Assembly (NCBI GenBank): GCA_964658305.1
Contig: OZ210885.1
Span: 25,234,001-25,298,000 of the forward strand
Length of the DNA: 64,000 nt
Direction: 5' to 3'
Source: Leptogorgia sarmentosa
Lineage: Eukaryota
The notes under the pieces are model-generated. The model was not told the origin of the DNA, did no database searches, and saw nothing but the letters and a program-made list of their open reading frames with translations. The position numbers and the translations under genes are program-made. Position 1 is the first letter of the stretch, and each line of letters opens with the position of its first letter. Of this stretch, positions 1 to 13,430 are shown piece after piece.

Positions 1-13
1 TTAATGTTGGAAT

Positions 14-1952
14 CTACATTCGGAATGGGTTTGGGATTTGAAGCAGTACTGGTTGTGAAGTAGTAGGCTCTGAATGGGAATTAAGCTCTGAAGTATCTAT
101 GGGTTCTAAAATTATTTCTGTCATGGGAGAGTGCAGTGAGGAATTGAGATCCAAATTGGTGCTGGGACCTGGAATAGTGCTAGAGTGTAAAATGGCAGTG
201 GTATTCAAAGTGGTAGCTGGGTGAGGAGAGTTGTTTGTATCAGGATTGGTGTTGGAATTGGCAGCTTTTTCAGTTATTCTTATGCCTTCTTTCCTCTCCA
301 AAATAAATTTCAGCTGAGACGCTCCATATGCACTAGGCTTTTTGAATGCAAGCCCTTGCAAACCTTCCACATCAAACTCAGCACACCTCTTATATGGAAA
401 CGGGCCATCACTTCCGGTTCCTTCTTCCATAAAAATACAAGAATATGTTGAAGCCAGTATTTATTTAGTAGAACTGGGCGCATGCAGTTCCTCCATCTTC
501 TCAGTCTTGCGAATACCACTCAGGCATGCACTGTTATTCTGAAAGAACATATTCACACAGTAACGAGTTTACGGGACGTGTGAAACTATTTCCATTCATA
601 TAGTTAAGTTTTGTAGTATACACCACGTAATTTTATTGTTAATATATTATATTTAGCGATAATAAAATTACGTGGTGTATACTACAAAACTTAACTATAT
701 TATCTTCACCATGCAAACATTCAAAGAATAATTTCCATTCATCAAGATCTAAATATGATCTTTACGATTTTCTCTAATTTTAAGTAAAAAATGTACACGT
801 TTTGAACCATTCATATGAATGAACCTATGCTATTTTCTTCATACAAAATCTTTATAATTGTTGAAATTCATATAAATCCCACATAACTTGTTTCGCTCAG
901 CAAAATTATGGCTTATGCTCTATTTTGCATATGGTTAATTCATCCTTCGTTGACTTATTGTCACATCTTGTACCATTCTGCCGGCAAGCATAAAATGGAA
1001 AAAAGTTGAATGAACAACTTACTATACTTAGCATTAAACAAACTCTGCACTTCCTTGCGTAACATGTCTTCATTTTCGGACACTAAAATGAACATAAGTT
1101 GACTTAGGTTACACTAAAGCTTTCTAAATCACGACTCCCACTCCATTTTCTTCCCATATACACAAGACTTTTTATTCCCTGCTTTTCTATTTTACACATA
1201 TTTACATGCATGCATATGCATTGTACCTGGTACGTTTGTAGGAGAACATAACATTGCGTGGACCTTCCTTATTTCCCTTAAGTCCTCCTCAAGTTTCTCT
1301 GTGCTATTCCCAGGACAAGCTAGGAAAAGTTTTCCATTGCGGATCCCAATTACAACGGCCTGACAGCCATAACTTTTAAGTATTTGGCACTAAAAAAATA
1401 TGAATTCGCCTCTCTCAATGATCGAAATTTAAATGAATTAAATCATCAATCTTGGAAGTGGTGAGATTTTACCACTCTGCACCTCATTATAATTACGTTA
1501 AAATCTGTGCAGCCTGAAATTCACAACTGTTTATATATAGCTACATTATTAAACAAACATATTTTCTTACCGTGTTGTCTCGTAGCTGCCCAAAAATATT
1601 AGAGATTTTATTCTCAATCTGCCGTTCTGTTTTGGACTTTTCTTTTTTGGACAGATTTTCTGCAGCATCAGAGATGGAATTTTGGAATTTTTGCGCTGCC
1701 ACTTTGTTAAACCCGCTTAGTCCACCGCTTAGAATCTCTTTTTCTTCTAATGTATTACATATTTTAAAGCACTATAGTATACTTTACTCAAGCGAAAAAT
1801 ACAAATTAGTTGAATTCATTAATACCTTCGGTTGAGGCATATTCTTTTTGAAAAGCATTCCAAGAACTGTTTGCTCTCTTCTTTCTCGGAATATTGCTTA
1901 GTGTTGCTGTTTTTACATCACTTAACTGGTATAGTCTTTTAGCTATCCAGTT
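14..1952 (-). pseudogene. Degraded multi-exon gene with a GTF2I-like repeat followed by a Ser/Thr/Pro-rich tract
   Basis: ORF 14-430 reads PFPYKRCAEFDVEGLQGLAFKKPSAYGASQLKFILERKEGIRI, matching the GTF2I-repeat pattern (vPY..v.GLP.g..F++Ps.yG...L..IL.....I.f). Further exon-like blocks with GT/AG flanks lie at ~1227-1372, ~1571-1760 and ~1826-1952. Confidence 0.55.
598..700. repeat. Perfect 40-bp inverted repeat within a small insertion
   Basis: 598-637 is the exact reverse complement of 661-700. The direct repeat ATTTCCATTCAT (588-599, 731-742) flanks it. Confidence 0.85.
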
Positions 1953-2117
1953 CTGAAATATAAGTACAAAATAAGAGAACTAAAACTCAACTGTAGCTGT
2001 TAGAAGCGAACTTTCTAAGGCGCATACTTAAGATATGGGCCGGGGTTAGGGAGAATTGTTCAGAAGTGGGTTAGCTTAATCCTGGGTTAACGTAAATTCA
2101 AAGAAAATTTCCCAACG

Positions 2118-2570
2118 GCTTCTTCCGCCGCACACGAGAGCTCCTGGCTGAGCTAACCGCCATGCGAGGTTGTAGCTTAAGCCCGCTGCACATGAGAGCT
2201 CTTAGCTGAGTTAACTGCCATGTGAGGTCGTAGCTTAGCACAGGCTTAGCTGGAAGCTCTCGTGTGCGGGGGGCTTTTGCTGAGGAATTCGCCTCGCGAG
2301 GCCGTGAGGAAAATATCTGTCGTGTTTGATATTGTTTACGCAGCTAAGCTACGACCTCGCGTGGCTGTTAGCTCAGCTAACAGCTCTCGTGTGCAGCGGG
2401 CTTACGACCTCGCATGCCAGTTAGGTCAGCCAAGAGCTCTCATGTGCGGCGGGCTTGTCAAACACGATAGATTTTTTCCGCATGACCTCGCGAGGTGAAT
2501 AAGCCTCAGCTAAGCTACGACCTCGCGTGGCAGTTAGCTCAGCTACGAGCTCTTGTGTGCGGCAGGCTTG
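2118..2570. repeat. GC-rich foldback cluster of ~60-bp units (MITE-like)
   Basis: Unit GCCCGCYGCACAYGAGAGCTC..GCTGAGYTAACYGCCAYGYGAGGTYGTAGCTTA occurs twice forward (~2120-2240) and three times inverted (~2342-2570). Confidence 0.75.
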
Positions 2571-3939
2571 TTGTCTGGATCAATATTAGTTTTGGTTTGT
2601 GAAGGCTCTATTCCTGAAAAATAGCCAAATCTTCAGTTTACAAGATGATATATATTCGGAGTTTGTTTGGTCTCATATTTCATCAAATCGTCTGCGGGAA
2701 AAGGATTTATATTAGATTATAACAACGTGAAAAAAAATGATAAAAAATTCAATACTAAATAAACAGACCTTTTATATGCGCTTAAAATCTATAATCTCTC
2801 TGAGCTATGTTCACCTTCACTTGTCTTGTTGTCAGCCCAGTTTCAGCAACAGCAGCATCTATTTGCGAGGAAAACTTGCTCCCTACACCAACCATGCCAT
2901 TGTTGAAGTACCTGAGCAAAGTATTCTTTTGAACATCGCTGAAAGACATCTCGGCTATAAATATCGAATTTATATATAATTATAATTGTTCAAGGAACTA
3001 GAATAAAATTCTGCCAAAAATTCTGTTCTGCCGCGGTATATCCGTATTCCACGAGATCGAAAAAAAGAAATATGATATGTTTGTGAACGTATAGCTATAA
3101 ATACACGTGTGTATCTTTACACTGCAGTGTATTTTTAGCCTGTAACTAGCCTAGACCCGGCCCAGGCCTTGGTGTGAACGGGTTTTTAGTTTTTACCATC
3201 GGCCCGACCCAAGAAAGCGTTGTTGCTATTGTTATCAACTTCTTCAACTTTATCACTCTCACAAAACTTGCTTTTATGTGAACTTGGAGACATTCAAAAA
3301 TTTTTTGGTTAATATTGTTTTAGTTTTATAACCTATAGGTTTCCAATTTTAATTTTTAGAGGAATCTGCCTGTATTTAGATCACTTACGGTTACATATAT
3401 GCAGGTTTAGTAGCTATGCGTGTCCTCCAATCTGACAGTATTCATTACATTTGAATTTGATTCTGGAATGTAGCGGAATTTACCACATATTTAGCCCCAA
3501 GTTAGCATTTTTTAATCTTAAGAACTATTTTGAACTAGTTTACATTCAAATTTTACATTTCAATGGTTAAATATATACAGGTTTGGTAGTTTATATGTGT
3601 ATCCTCGAATCTGACAGTATTTATACTACCTAGATTGGAATTTGATTTTAGATTGTATAGCAGAATTTACAACGTAAAATGCAAAAAAATAGTATTGTTC
3701 ACCCGTAACACTTATTTCAACAAGTTTACATTCAAATATAAGTGAAGGTATGAATATACGGGTTTACTAGTTTATATGTGTATATCCTCCAATCTGACAG
3801 TATTTATAGTACCTAGATTGGAATTTGATTTTAGATTGTAGCGGAATGTAGTAAAATGCCAAAAATTAGTATGGTTCAATCGTAAGAATTATTTCAACAA
3901 GTTTACATTCAAATTTAACTATAGTCTAGGTTTGAATAT

Positions 3940-5894
3940 TACATTACATTACATTACATACTTTATTGACATTCCCAACCGGGTTTTTCAATGACAATTT
4001 ACATCAAATAAAATTATTTAAAACTAACGTTAGTAATAATTTAAAAGTTATTTACAAATTGGATAGAAGAGAAAAACTGTATGTGCTGTTTACTGTAGTT
4101 ATTTATAAAGTGTCTAACATAGTTTTTTTGTTAAGAATTCTAATTTAAGCTTACTTTTAAAAAGGTTTACACTATTAATTGATTTTAATTGTTCATCCAG
4201 CGCATTCCATATCTTAGTTGCTCTATATTTGAACGTTCTTTGCCCACATGTTGTGTGATATTGTGGAATTTGAAGCTTTTTATTGTTCCTGGTATCGCGG
4301 TCATGGATTTCATTTCTTTTTTCAAATTTGTCAAATTTGTCAAATTTGTCTAATACATTTGAATGTTAATATTGTATCTCTGTAAAGTAAATGTTCTTTC
4401 ATTGGTAACCAATTAAGTGACTCTAAGGTTGAAGAAATATGGTCATATTTAGACAGCCCTGTAATTAAACGAGCCGCACAATTCTGGATCAATTGGATCT
4501 TTTTTATGTTCATATCTGATGTATTGGACCATACTGAGGCACAATAATTAATTTTGCTTATCACTAACGTATCGATAATCTTGGCCAATGTCGATTCATC
4601 GAAAATATGTTTCACCCGACTAATTTGTCCTAATTTAGATAAACATGACGACGATAAGGCTTGTATGTGTTCATTATAGGTAAGATATGAATCCAGAGTT
4701 ATCCCCAGATCTTTTACTTCCGTCACAGGTATAAGCGTTTTGCCAATAAACTTTAGTTTAGGTCTTGTCTCCAATTGCTGAAGAAGTTTCCGTGATCCAA
4801 CTACCAGCATTTTGGTTTTATCTGGATTAATCAAAAGGCTATTGTTGCAGCACCATTCAAAAACTCCTTCTAAATCTTCTTCTATTGCAGTTAAGGAGCG
4901 GTCCATAGTCGATACGGAGAAGGATAGAAATGATTTTGAATCATCCACGTATGACTCTAAGCGGCAAGATTTGGGTGTTGATGGTAAACTGTTAGTATAA
5001 ATATTGAACAAAAACGGTGAGAGGACAGAGCCTTGGGGAATTCCATATTTTAGTGAAGCCACTTCTGACGAAATAGTTCCGATCCGAACATATTGTAATC
5101 TATCGGACAGGTAGCTTTTAAACCATGTATATACTGCTGGAGATGCTCCCAGGTCTCGAATTTTTTGGAGTAGGGTTTTGTGCTGGACACTGTCAAAGGC
5201 TTTTGACAGATCTATAAATACTACGATAGATAATTGTTTGTTGTCCATTGCTTCTAATAAGCTGTCCGTGACCGCAACATGAAGAGTTTCTGTTGAATGA
5301 TTTTCCCGGTTTCCGCTTTGGTGTTTCGATAATAAATTGCGTTTAATGAGATACTCTTTAAACTGACTCAGCACCACTTTGTCACATATTTTTGATAAAG
5401 TTGCCAATAGCGAGATTGGTCGATTATTAGACGCAACTTCGTGGTCGCCTTCTTTATGTAACGGAATCACTTCCGCCAACTTCCAGATAGAGGGATATGT
5501 TGAGGTCATTAATGAGCAATTGATGATATTGGTAAGTGGGTCTAGGATTACGTCAAGTGTGTCTTTGATACATTGAATTCCTATTTTGTCGGGTCCTGGA
5601 GCTTTATTTGAAGGTGTTTTTAGGATTATTTTTCGGATTTGGCTGCTAGTCACGGGGGTAAATTCAAACCTTTCAGCGGAATCTGCATTGGTCAATCGTG
5701 GTAAGGGAGGTGTTATCGAGATATGATTATTTTCTGCTAGTGCTTTTACTTTGTCAGCTGTGCTTTTTCCAACCGAGGTGAAATAGCTGTTGAATTCATT
5801 GGCTATAACAGCATGATCTTTTTGGTAACATGGTTTTGTCGCTTCCTTAGTAGGCAGGCTCCCTCTAATTACCTTCCACATAGTTCTCGGGTAA
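3940..5894 (-). mobile_element. 5'-truncated non-LTR retrotransposon (CR1/L2-like LINE)
   Basis: Contains an RT ORF. The 3' end (minus strand) has AATAAA then a (TGTAA)n tail at ~3940-3966. Candidate TSD GAATAT at 3934-3939 and 5895-5900. Confidence 0.85.
4340..5881 (-). CDS. LINE reverse transcriptase, partial (no endonuclease, frameshifted C-terminus)
   Basis: Motifs KAPGPD, NRPISLL, FIDLSKAFD, GIPQGSVLSP, YVDD and KDLG are present. A tandem TCAAATTTG duplication at ~4322-4348 truncates the frame. Confidence 0.92.
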   Translation of the reverse strand: MWKVIRGSLPTKEATKPCYQKDHAVIANEFNSYFTSVGKSTADKVKALAENNHISITPPLPRLTNADSAERFEFTPVTSSQIRKIILKTPSNKAPGPDKIGIQCIKDTLDVILDPLTNIINCSLMTSTYPSIWKLAEVIPLHKEGDHEVASNNRPISLLATLSKICDKVVLSQFKEYLIKRNLLSKHQSGNRENHSTETLHVAVTDSLLEAMDNKQLSIVVFIDLSKAFDSVQHKTLLQKIRDLGASPAVYTWFKSYLSDRLQYVRIGTISSEVASLKYGIPQGSVLSPFLFNIYTNSLPSTPKSCRLESYVDDSKSFLSFSVSTMDRSLTAIEEDLEGVFEWCCNNSLLINPDKTKMLVVGSRKLLQQLETRPKLKFIGKTLIPVTEVKDLGITLDSYLTYNEHIQALSSSCLSKLGQISRVKHIFDESTLAKIIDTLVISKINYCASVWSNTSDMNIKKIQLIQNCAARLITGLSKYDHISSTLESLNWLPMKEHLLYRDTILTFKCIRQI

Positions 5895-6797
5895 GAATAT
5901 ATGGGTTTAGTAGTTTATATGTATACATCCTCCAATCTGACAGTATTTATACTACCTAGATTGGAATTTGATTTTAGATTGTAGCGGAATTTACGACCAA
6001 CAATGCCAAAAATTAGTATTGTTCAATCGTAACAATTATTTCAACAAGTTTACATTCAAATATAAGTGAAGGGTTAAATATACGGGTTTAGTAGTTTATA
6101 TGTGTATATCCTCCAATCTGACAGTGTTTATACTACCAAAAATTAGTATTGTTCACTCGTAAGAATTATTTCAACAAGTTTACATTCAAATATAAGTGAA
6201 GGGTAAAATATACGGGTTTAGTAGTTTATATGTGTACATCCTCCAATCTGACAGTATTTATACTACCTAGATTGGAATTTGATTTTAGAATGTAGTGGAA
6301 TTTACGACCAACAATGCCAAAAATTAGTATTGTTCACTCGTGAGAATTATTTCAACAAGTTTACATTCAAAAATAAGTTAAGGGATCACGATACGGGTTT
6401 AGTAGTTTATATGTGTATATCCTCCAATCTGACATTATTTATACTACCTAGATTGGAATCTGATTTTAGAATGTAGCGGAATCTACAGGACTTCACACAT
6501 CTAAATTTATGTTTTGTCATTTCGAAAAACTATTTCGCTTTGTTTACGTCCAACATTTACCTATAGCCAAGGTTTAAGTAAATGTATAGTAATCCATATA
6601 TGTGTATCCTCCAATTCAGAAGGGTAGCCAGTATTTTTTTTGCCAAGTCAATGACTGGAACATCAATAACTCGACTACCCGACTCCCACATAAATCACCA
6701 ACCCTAATCACATGCGCATACAAAAATCACCAACCCTTCTCCCAAATTCCACCACATTATAAATATAAGCAGATCACCAAGAATTTTACACCAATTT

Positions 6798-7120
6798 ATT
6801 TCTTCAACGTTTCGGGGCAAGGACCTTTCTCAAGAATAGAATGAACAGCAAATCAGTCTGAACTCCTTTATAGGTATATTAGTTTACACGTATATAGCTA
6901 CTTATATATAATTATATCAGACCTGATGACCTGGTGAGTGTGGCAAGCTTTGCTTGCCATACGAAACAAATTTGGAGTGAATAAAGTTTTTATGAATATA
7001 TATATATATATATGTTTGAAGATTTGTAATCCAGCCATATTAATATTGATAAAAAGTTCTCTGGATTGAAATATGTTTCTTATTGAGCTTTCGACCCGTT
7101 CCTTCGAGCCTTCTCCAGAA
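6798..7120. other. Cluster of Penelope-like terminal-repeat remnants with degenerate hammerhead-like cores
   Basis: Minus strand CTTGAGAAAGGTCCTTGCCCCGAAACGTTG (~6805-6834). Plus strand CTGGTGAG-stem-GAAAC (~6931-6967). Minus strand CTGGAGAAGGCTCG..CGGGTCGAAAGCT (~7086-7118). All lie next to (TA)n runs. Confidence 0.45.
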
Positions 7121-8181
7121 TGCGGGTTATATCAATTATTTATATATGTACATGTTATATTTAAGATTCGCGCTGTTGGTCTTGCATGTATACGTTGAGA
7201 TCGTCTGATTGGTTGTTTGGAGGTTGGAATTATATATATATACTTATAAATGAGGCGATCAGTGGAACACATGGTACTTGGTTTGGATTTTTTTAACTGA
7301 TCTAATTAAAAACATTCTAAGTTAAAAAAAAATTCAAACCTAAAATTAGTATTGTAAGAATACTAATAAGAATTATTATTACACTCGTAAGAATTATTTC
7401 AACAAGTTTAAATTATTTCAAATATAAGTGAAGGGGTGAATATGCGGGTTTAGTAGTTTATACAGGGGGTGGACAAAAAAAAGTGGCCCCCAGAACAATT
7501 CGGTTTTTACTGAAAAACATCTCTCTCAAGTAATCGGGAATGCAGAACCCTGTTTGGTTTGAGTACGACCTAAACAAATTTTATAAATCTTTCAACCTAA
7601 GCAAATTTAAATCTCAAAATTTAAATCCTATTTAAGAGGCTGTCTCTGTAAAATCCGCCTGCTGATATTTAGTTTGAAAAATAGTTTTCCTTTATTTTTT
7701 TACATTGAAGTATACTTTAGTCAGGAACTTCAAAACAAATGAGAGAAATCTCGACTACTTATTTTTTGGCGAGTTATAGCCTATTGTAAAGATAGACCCG
7801 TGTGTGAATTTTTGAAACCGGAATGAGGCGCTATTTAGCAGAAATGCACTTAACATCTAGTTCTGAAAAAACGTAAATATTTTCAATTTTTTCTAATAAG
7901 AGTATAGATGGACATTATATCTTTTAATTTCCAAGATATATTTTATTGTTTTTTGCGTTTAGTCTATTTTTTGAAAGGTCTGAAGAGAGGGCAATTTTAA
8001 GATGGCGGACAGCTATTAAAAAATATTTAAAATTATCGTTCGAGTTTTCCAAAGTCGCACCTAGTTGAGTCTATAGAAGTAAATAAATAAGAAACACTGT
8101 TTGTATTGTTACGATAACTGAAAAAAAAATTGTCTGCAAACAAGCCACAGGGAAGATATAACGTCGTGAATGTGTGCTATA

Positions 8182-8952
8182 CAGGGTGTATCAAAAAAAA
8201 GTTTACTCGCGAAAAATGTCTTTTAGGCCGAAGCGCACGCACCCCATTGCAAACCATTGGTATATCTAAGTAGTTTGAGCCCTTCGGATACATCCTACAC
8301 TAAAAGTTTGCAGAAAACGACCATTTTACGACTACGAAAAGTGTTATAAAAAGCCGTAGTAAAAATGGCTTGCGCGAAAAAATGTGAGGCGAAAAATGCA
8401 ATTTGATTTGACAGCCTAAATCTATCGAACAAGTTTCATAAGTTATTCAAGTTTTGAGAAATTTGGTGCACGCTGAGACGAACGTGCGATGTCCGAAAAC
8501 TGGATTTTGCGTTCTTTCCTGCGTGATTACCGATTAATTTATGCATAATTGGATATTTGCATTAATTACCAATGCAAATTGGAAGCTAATTCCCAAAGGT
8601 ACGTAATTACGCGAAGAAATTGCGGAAAATCCAGTTTTCGGACATCGCACGTTCGTCTCAGCGTGCACCAAATTTCTCAAAACTTGAATAACTTATGAAA
8701 CTTGTTCGATAGATTTAGGCTGTCAAATCAAATTGCATTTTTCGCCTCACATTTTTTCGCGCAAGCCATTTTTACTACGGCTTTTTATAACACTTTTCGT
8801 AGTCGTAAAATGGTCGTTTTCTGCAAACTTTTAGTGTAGGATGTATCCGAAGGGCTCAAACTACTTAGATATACCAATGGTTTGCAATGGGGTGCGTGCG
8901 CTTCGGCCTAAAAGACATTTTTCGCAAGTAAACTTTTTTTTGATACACCCTG
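8182..8952. mobile_element. Palindromic Tc1/mariner-type MITE inside the left Sola3 TIR
   Basis: CAGGGTGTATCAAAAAAAAG termini, TA TSD, near-perfect ~330-bp arms. It is absent from the right TIR. Confidence 0.92.
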
Positions 8953-9566
8953 TATTTAGCTTCATTGTTTACCCGGTCGGCCCAGTTAATATTTGATTTT
9001 GTAAATGTTTTGATTCCATGCTATTCCCAAATAATCCCTGAAAACTGTTTGCATTTGTAAACATTTATAGTTTGCGTGTGTCGATTACGACTTCTAAGCT
9101 GGTAACTCGCTCGTGCACCCGTGGAATCGAAATTTGGTTTATTATAAACACTAAAATTAATTATAATGTATATTAATTGCTATGAGGAATTTCCTATTTC
9201 GAAAAGCGTCGCTATTAAACAAGAATACAAACTATGCATACTTGTATGGCTGGTAGTTTATATTTTAACAAAGTGAATTGAACATGGTCTGAACATGAAT
9301 TATGATTCTATATTACTGTATATGATTTCTTTTGAACAATATTTTCACACAAAACTTCACAAATGACAAAAATAGAACAAGCATGCATGCAGCTATTTTT
9401 GGGATGCACTTACGTACTAAGAGGGCGGTCACGAGGTTATAAAATTCACTATAAGAAGGTGTTTACACTTGTGTGGCTGTAGTTTGATAGAAAATCCTTG
9501 GGAAGTATAAAAATTAAAGATCTTGAAGTGCATTAGCCATTGTGCTGATTGTGCTAGAAGTTCCCC

Positions 9567-12500
9567 ATGGAAAAAAGTTGTAGTCTGTCTGGTTTGGGGC
9601 AGTTTTCGTGCGGTGAAAGTCGGGGAGTGACCGACAATATTAGCATTCTTGAATGCAATAGAGATATAGAAACACATTTGCAAAGTTGTCACTTATCGAA
9701 GTCTAAAATTACTGAGTGTGAACTTATTCTTGCTCGAGCTGGCCAATTCAAACTTAAGCCGGACCAAGTAGCCAAGATGACTGTTTGTCCGAGGCACCAG
9801 GACAATCTGGGCAGATGTTTCAGACCACTTCGCTCTTGCCAATATCCTCTTCACAGCGGGCCGGTACATAAATGCAGCGGTAGAGATGTAGTTAACATCA
9901 CGATGGCTGAAGACTGCCTCAAGTTGTACGGAGTTTTAGTTCACATTGGATCTCGTAAGTAATCTTAATTTCATCTCATAATAAAAATCTTATATTCTCA
10001 TATCCAAAGTACAATTATTATTGCCCAACGCCCATGATAACCCCTATATATGTCTCTAGCATGAGGCAATAATTTTGTAGTAAAACATTTAAATACTCAA
10101 TGCGCAATCTAGCAAATCTCTTAATATCTCTGGTCTGATCTTATCTTACTTTATATTTCAGCTATATGCACTCAATGTATTAAGGCGCACAAACAGACAG
10201 TAGATAGGGAGGCTGAATGGCTACGATCTGCTGAATTATTGCAAGATGATTCAACAGCTGTCAAAAATATGAATTCTCAAACTGGAAGGTATTTCATGCA
10301 TTATTCTTTCGTTTAAAATAAAATTAATTTTATAAACTCTAAAGTTCTATAAAAACTCATAATGGATATAAACTATAGCCATAATCGATATATACTTATA
10401 TTCTTAATATCCAGTAATGCCGGTTTGACAGCGTTTACAATGGAGTATACCTAAGGTGCCGAATTACTCTACATTGTCCGGAGTTTACAACTTTATTGCT
10501 GCACTCTATACAAATACAGTTTTTAAGTTTCGTACTATTATATGTCTAGACCTGATATGAGAGGACGTAAGCCGAATGCTTCAGTTGATGACAGTCTGTT
10601 ATGTAGTACTCCCTCATCTGGACCACAACAGTCGTCACCACTGTGGACACCAGGGTGTTGGAGTGGGCCTGGAAGCGACAGTTTTGACGAAGAAGCAACG
10701 CGATCGTCTGAGGTGGTTGCCAAATACAACGAGGCGATGAGGAAACTTTCGGAGGTTGCTCGTTTACATAGACCATCCGTGTTAAATCGCCAGGTAAAAA
10801 ACTTGAATACGGTTTCGACAACTGAGATGAATGAAATTAAAGAAAAGGCATCTGAAGCATGTGCTCTCATTTGCAACGTGATTGCTCCCAATGACGGTGA
10901 AAAACTTTTCAATTCGTTACGCACGGGAGTAGAACCTGTTGTTTCCAATGAACTAGTTAACTTGATGAAAGCATACTCCAAAGCACCAACAAGAAATTTA
11001 AGGACCCAGATACTCAGTCTGTATGCCCATCAATGTCCATTGAAAACGCTACAGAAACTTCATGAACCGTATGCAAAATTGACTCAGTGGCAGATAAGAA
11101 AAGCTCGCGCCCATGCGGAGATGATTGGTCCTGGAGGAAATGTAAGCAAGCCGACACGTCATCGAATATGCTTGAATATGACCAAAGTTGACCACTTTGT
11201 AGACTTCATTAATCGCCCATACTATCATCAAGATGTCGCATTTGGCACCAGAACATTGAAACTTGACAGCGGCGAGAGTGTGTCCATGCCTAATGTCATC
11301 CGCACGGTAACAAGGTCAACGATGGTAGCTCAATACTTGAAGTACTGCAAAGATGAGAATTTTGACGAGCCGTTAAGTAGATCAACGCTGTTTCGTATAT
11401 TGGAAGTTAGAGAAGCGTCGCAGAGGAAGTCACTGCAAGGTCTTGACAACACTGCAGCCGAAGGTACAAATGCCTTTAAGACCCTACGGTCTATCGTTGA
11501 TCAGCTAAAAGACGCTGGGAACACCAAGGCGTGGGCGTTAGGTATAACAAAGAGACTCGACAAAGCAAAACAGTACCTGAAAACCAACTACAAGGTTAGT
11601 TGTCAAGAGGAGACTAGTTTGTGCGCCGATCACTGCAGAGTCTTCGCGCTTAATGATCCAGACGATAAAGATTTCAAAACATCCTGCGACCATCTGCATA
11701 CGGCGTTGTGTACTGACTGTGAAGAACTGAAGACGACTGTTGCTGAGATAAAAAGGACAATTGAAGCCAGCAGGAGTAATTTGAGCCAAGAGAAACGGGA
11801 CGATCTGATGCATGATTTTCAAGAAGCTGAACTAAACATAAAAAAATGGAAAGCACATATCATTCGCTCTGTAAATCAGGAATCTGCCAAGCAAAATGTT
11901 CTCGAAACGTTAGATGATTCATCGGTATTAATAGTAATGGATTGGGCTATGAAGTTTGTTCAAATGAAATTCAGAGAAAAGCAATCTGAATGGTATGGCA
12001 AACGAGGCATGAGTTGGCACATAAGTAGTGTTATTTCCAAAGATACTGAGAAACAGACCAATATTGTGACTTCTTACGTTCATTTGTTTGACTCATGCAC
12101 ACAAGATTGGTTTTCTGTGGCATCAATTGTGGAAGATCTCCTGCAGAATGTGAAGACTAATCAACCTAACATTTCTCAGGCTTACCTGCGCTCAGATGAA
12201 GCTGGTTGTTACCACAATAATCTACTGATCGCCGCATTGAAAGACATTGGTGAAAGAGTTGGTGTTTCTATTTGTCAATATGACTTCTCCGAGCCACAAC
12301 AAGGGAAAGACATATGTGATGACCTTTGAAAACATCTGTTCGCACATACTGTAACGAAGGAAACGACGTTATGACCGCTAAAGATATGTATGTAGCTTTG
12401 ACCAATTATCGCGTGAAAGGAACTACCGCCTCGGTGAATTGTATAAACAATAGTGTAACACAACTGGATGTCAACAAACTGCCTAATTTTAGCGGTTTTC

Positions 12501-13426
12501 ATAACTTTAAGTACCACAAAGACGGGATAACAGTGTGGAAAGCGTTTGGTATTGGCAAAGGAAAAACGTTTTCAAACAATACAATCACCGACGGTTGAGG
12601 GACGGCTCCATAAATCTAAATCAACTGATCAAGTAAATAGCTCAGAAGATAATAACGGTTTGTACAGTTGTAACGAAACGCATTGTAATTATACGTTTTC
12701 GTCGTTTCAAGACTTAGAGAATCACATGAACTTAGGTCAACACAGTAGAGTTGTCAATAACGAAACAATTTACGATACTATAAGAAGAAAATGGGCAAAA
12801 AAGTACGACAACATCAATTCGAACCCCACGTCGGCTTCTTCCCTAGCCAGGGAAATGGTAGAAGGACAAACTAAGCTTCAGCAAGGTTGGGCATTAAGCA
12901 ACCCAAGAAAAGGAGGGGTAAGGTTCTCTCAAAAGGTACGCGAGTATCTCATAAAAAAATTTGATTTAGGTGAATTAACTGGAAATAAGGCTGATTCATT
13001 GCAAGTCGCCTGTGCTATGAAAAATTCTAGAGATGAATGTGGCGATCGTATTTTCACTAGAGAAGAGTGGCTCACAAAAACAAATAAAAGGATTTTTTTC
13101 GCGTGTGGCAAAGCTGAGGAAGAAAGGAGGTGCACGCAAGTCAAGCAAAGCTGAGGAGTTGCTTGAGGATGATATTATAGAGGACTTCGAAGATGAGGGA
13201 GGAACTGATTAACGACATCATTGATAAAATTGGCGTTACCCATCCAATTCTGTACGATACTTACAATTTGTGTGAACTGCATGCTGACAACCGTATATCT
13301 ATCTTTAAAGTCAAAACGTTAAAGGAGATATGCAAATATTTTGAGCTGAAACATTCTTCAAAAGACAAAAAGATTGATTTAGTTAATCGAATTTCTAATT
13401 TTGTTCAAAAGTGCTCTTGCTGCTAG
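9567..13426 (+). pseudogene. Sola3-like DDD transposase (spliced, frameshifted)
   Basis: Cys-rich N-terminal exons (9567-~9955, ~10162-10288). Core motifs MDWAMKF, QSEWYGKRGMSWH, RSDEAGCYH, EPQQGKDICD, then a C2H2-like CNETHC..H..H. Frame breaks near 12320, 12595 and 13080-13190. Confidence 0.8.
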
Positions 13427-13430
13427 TTTG

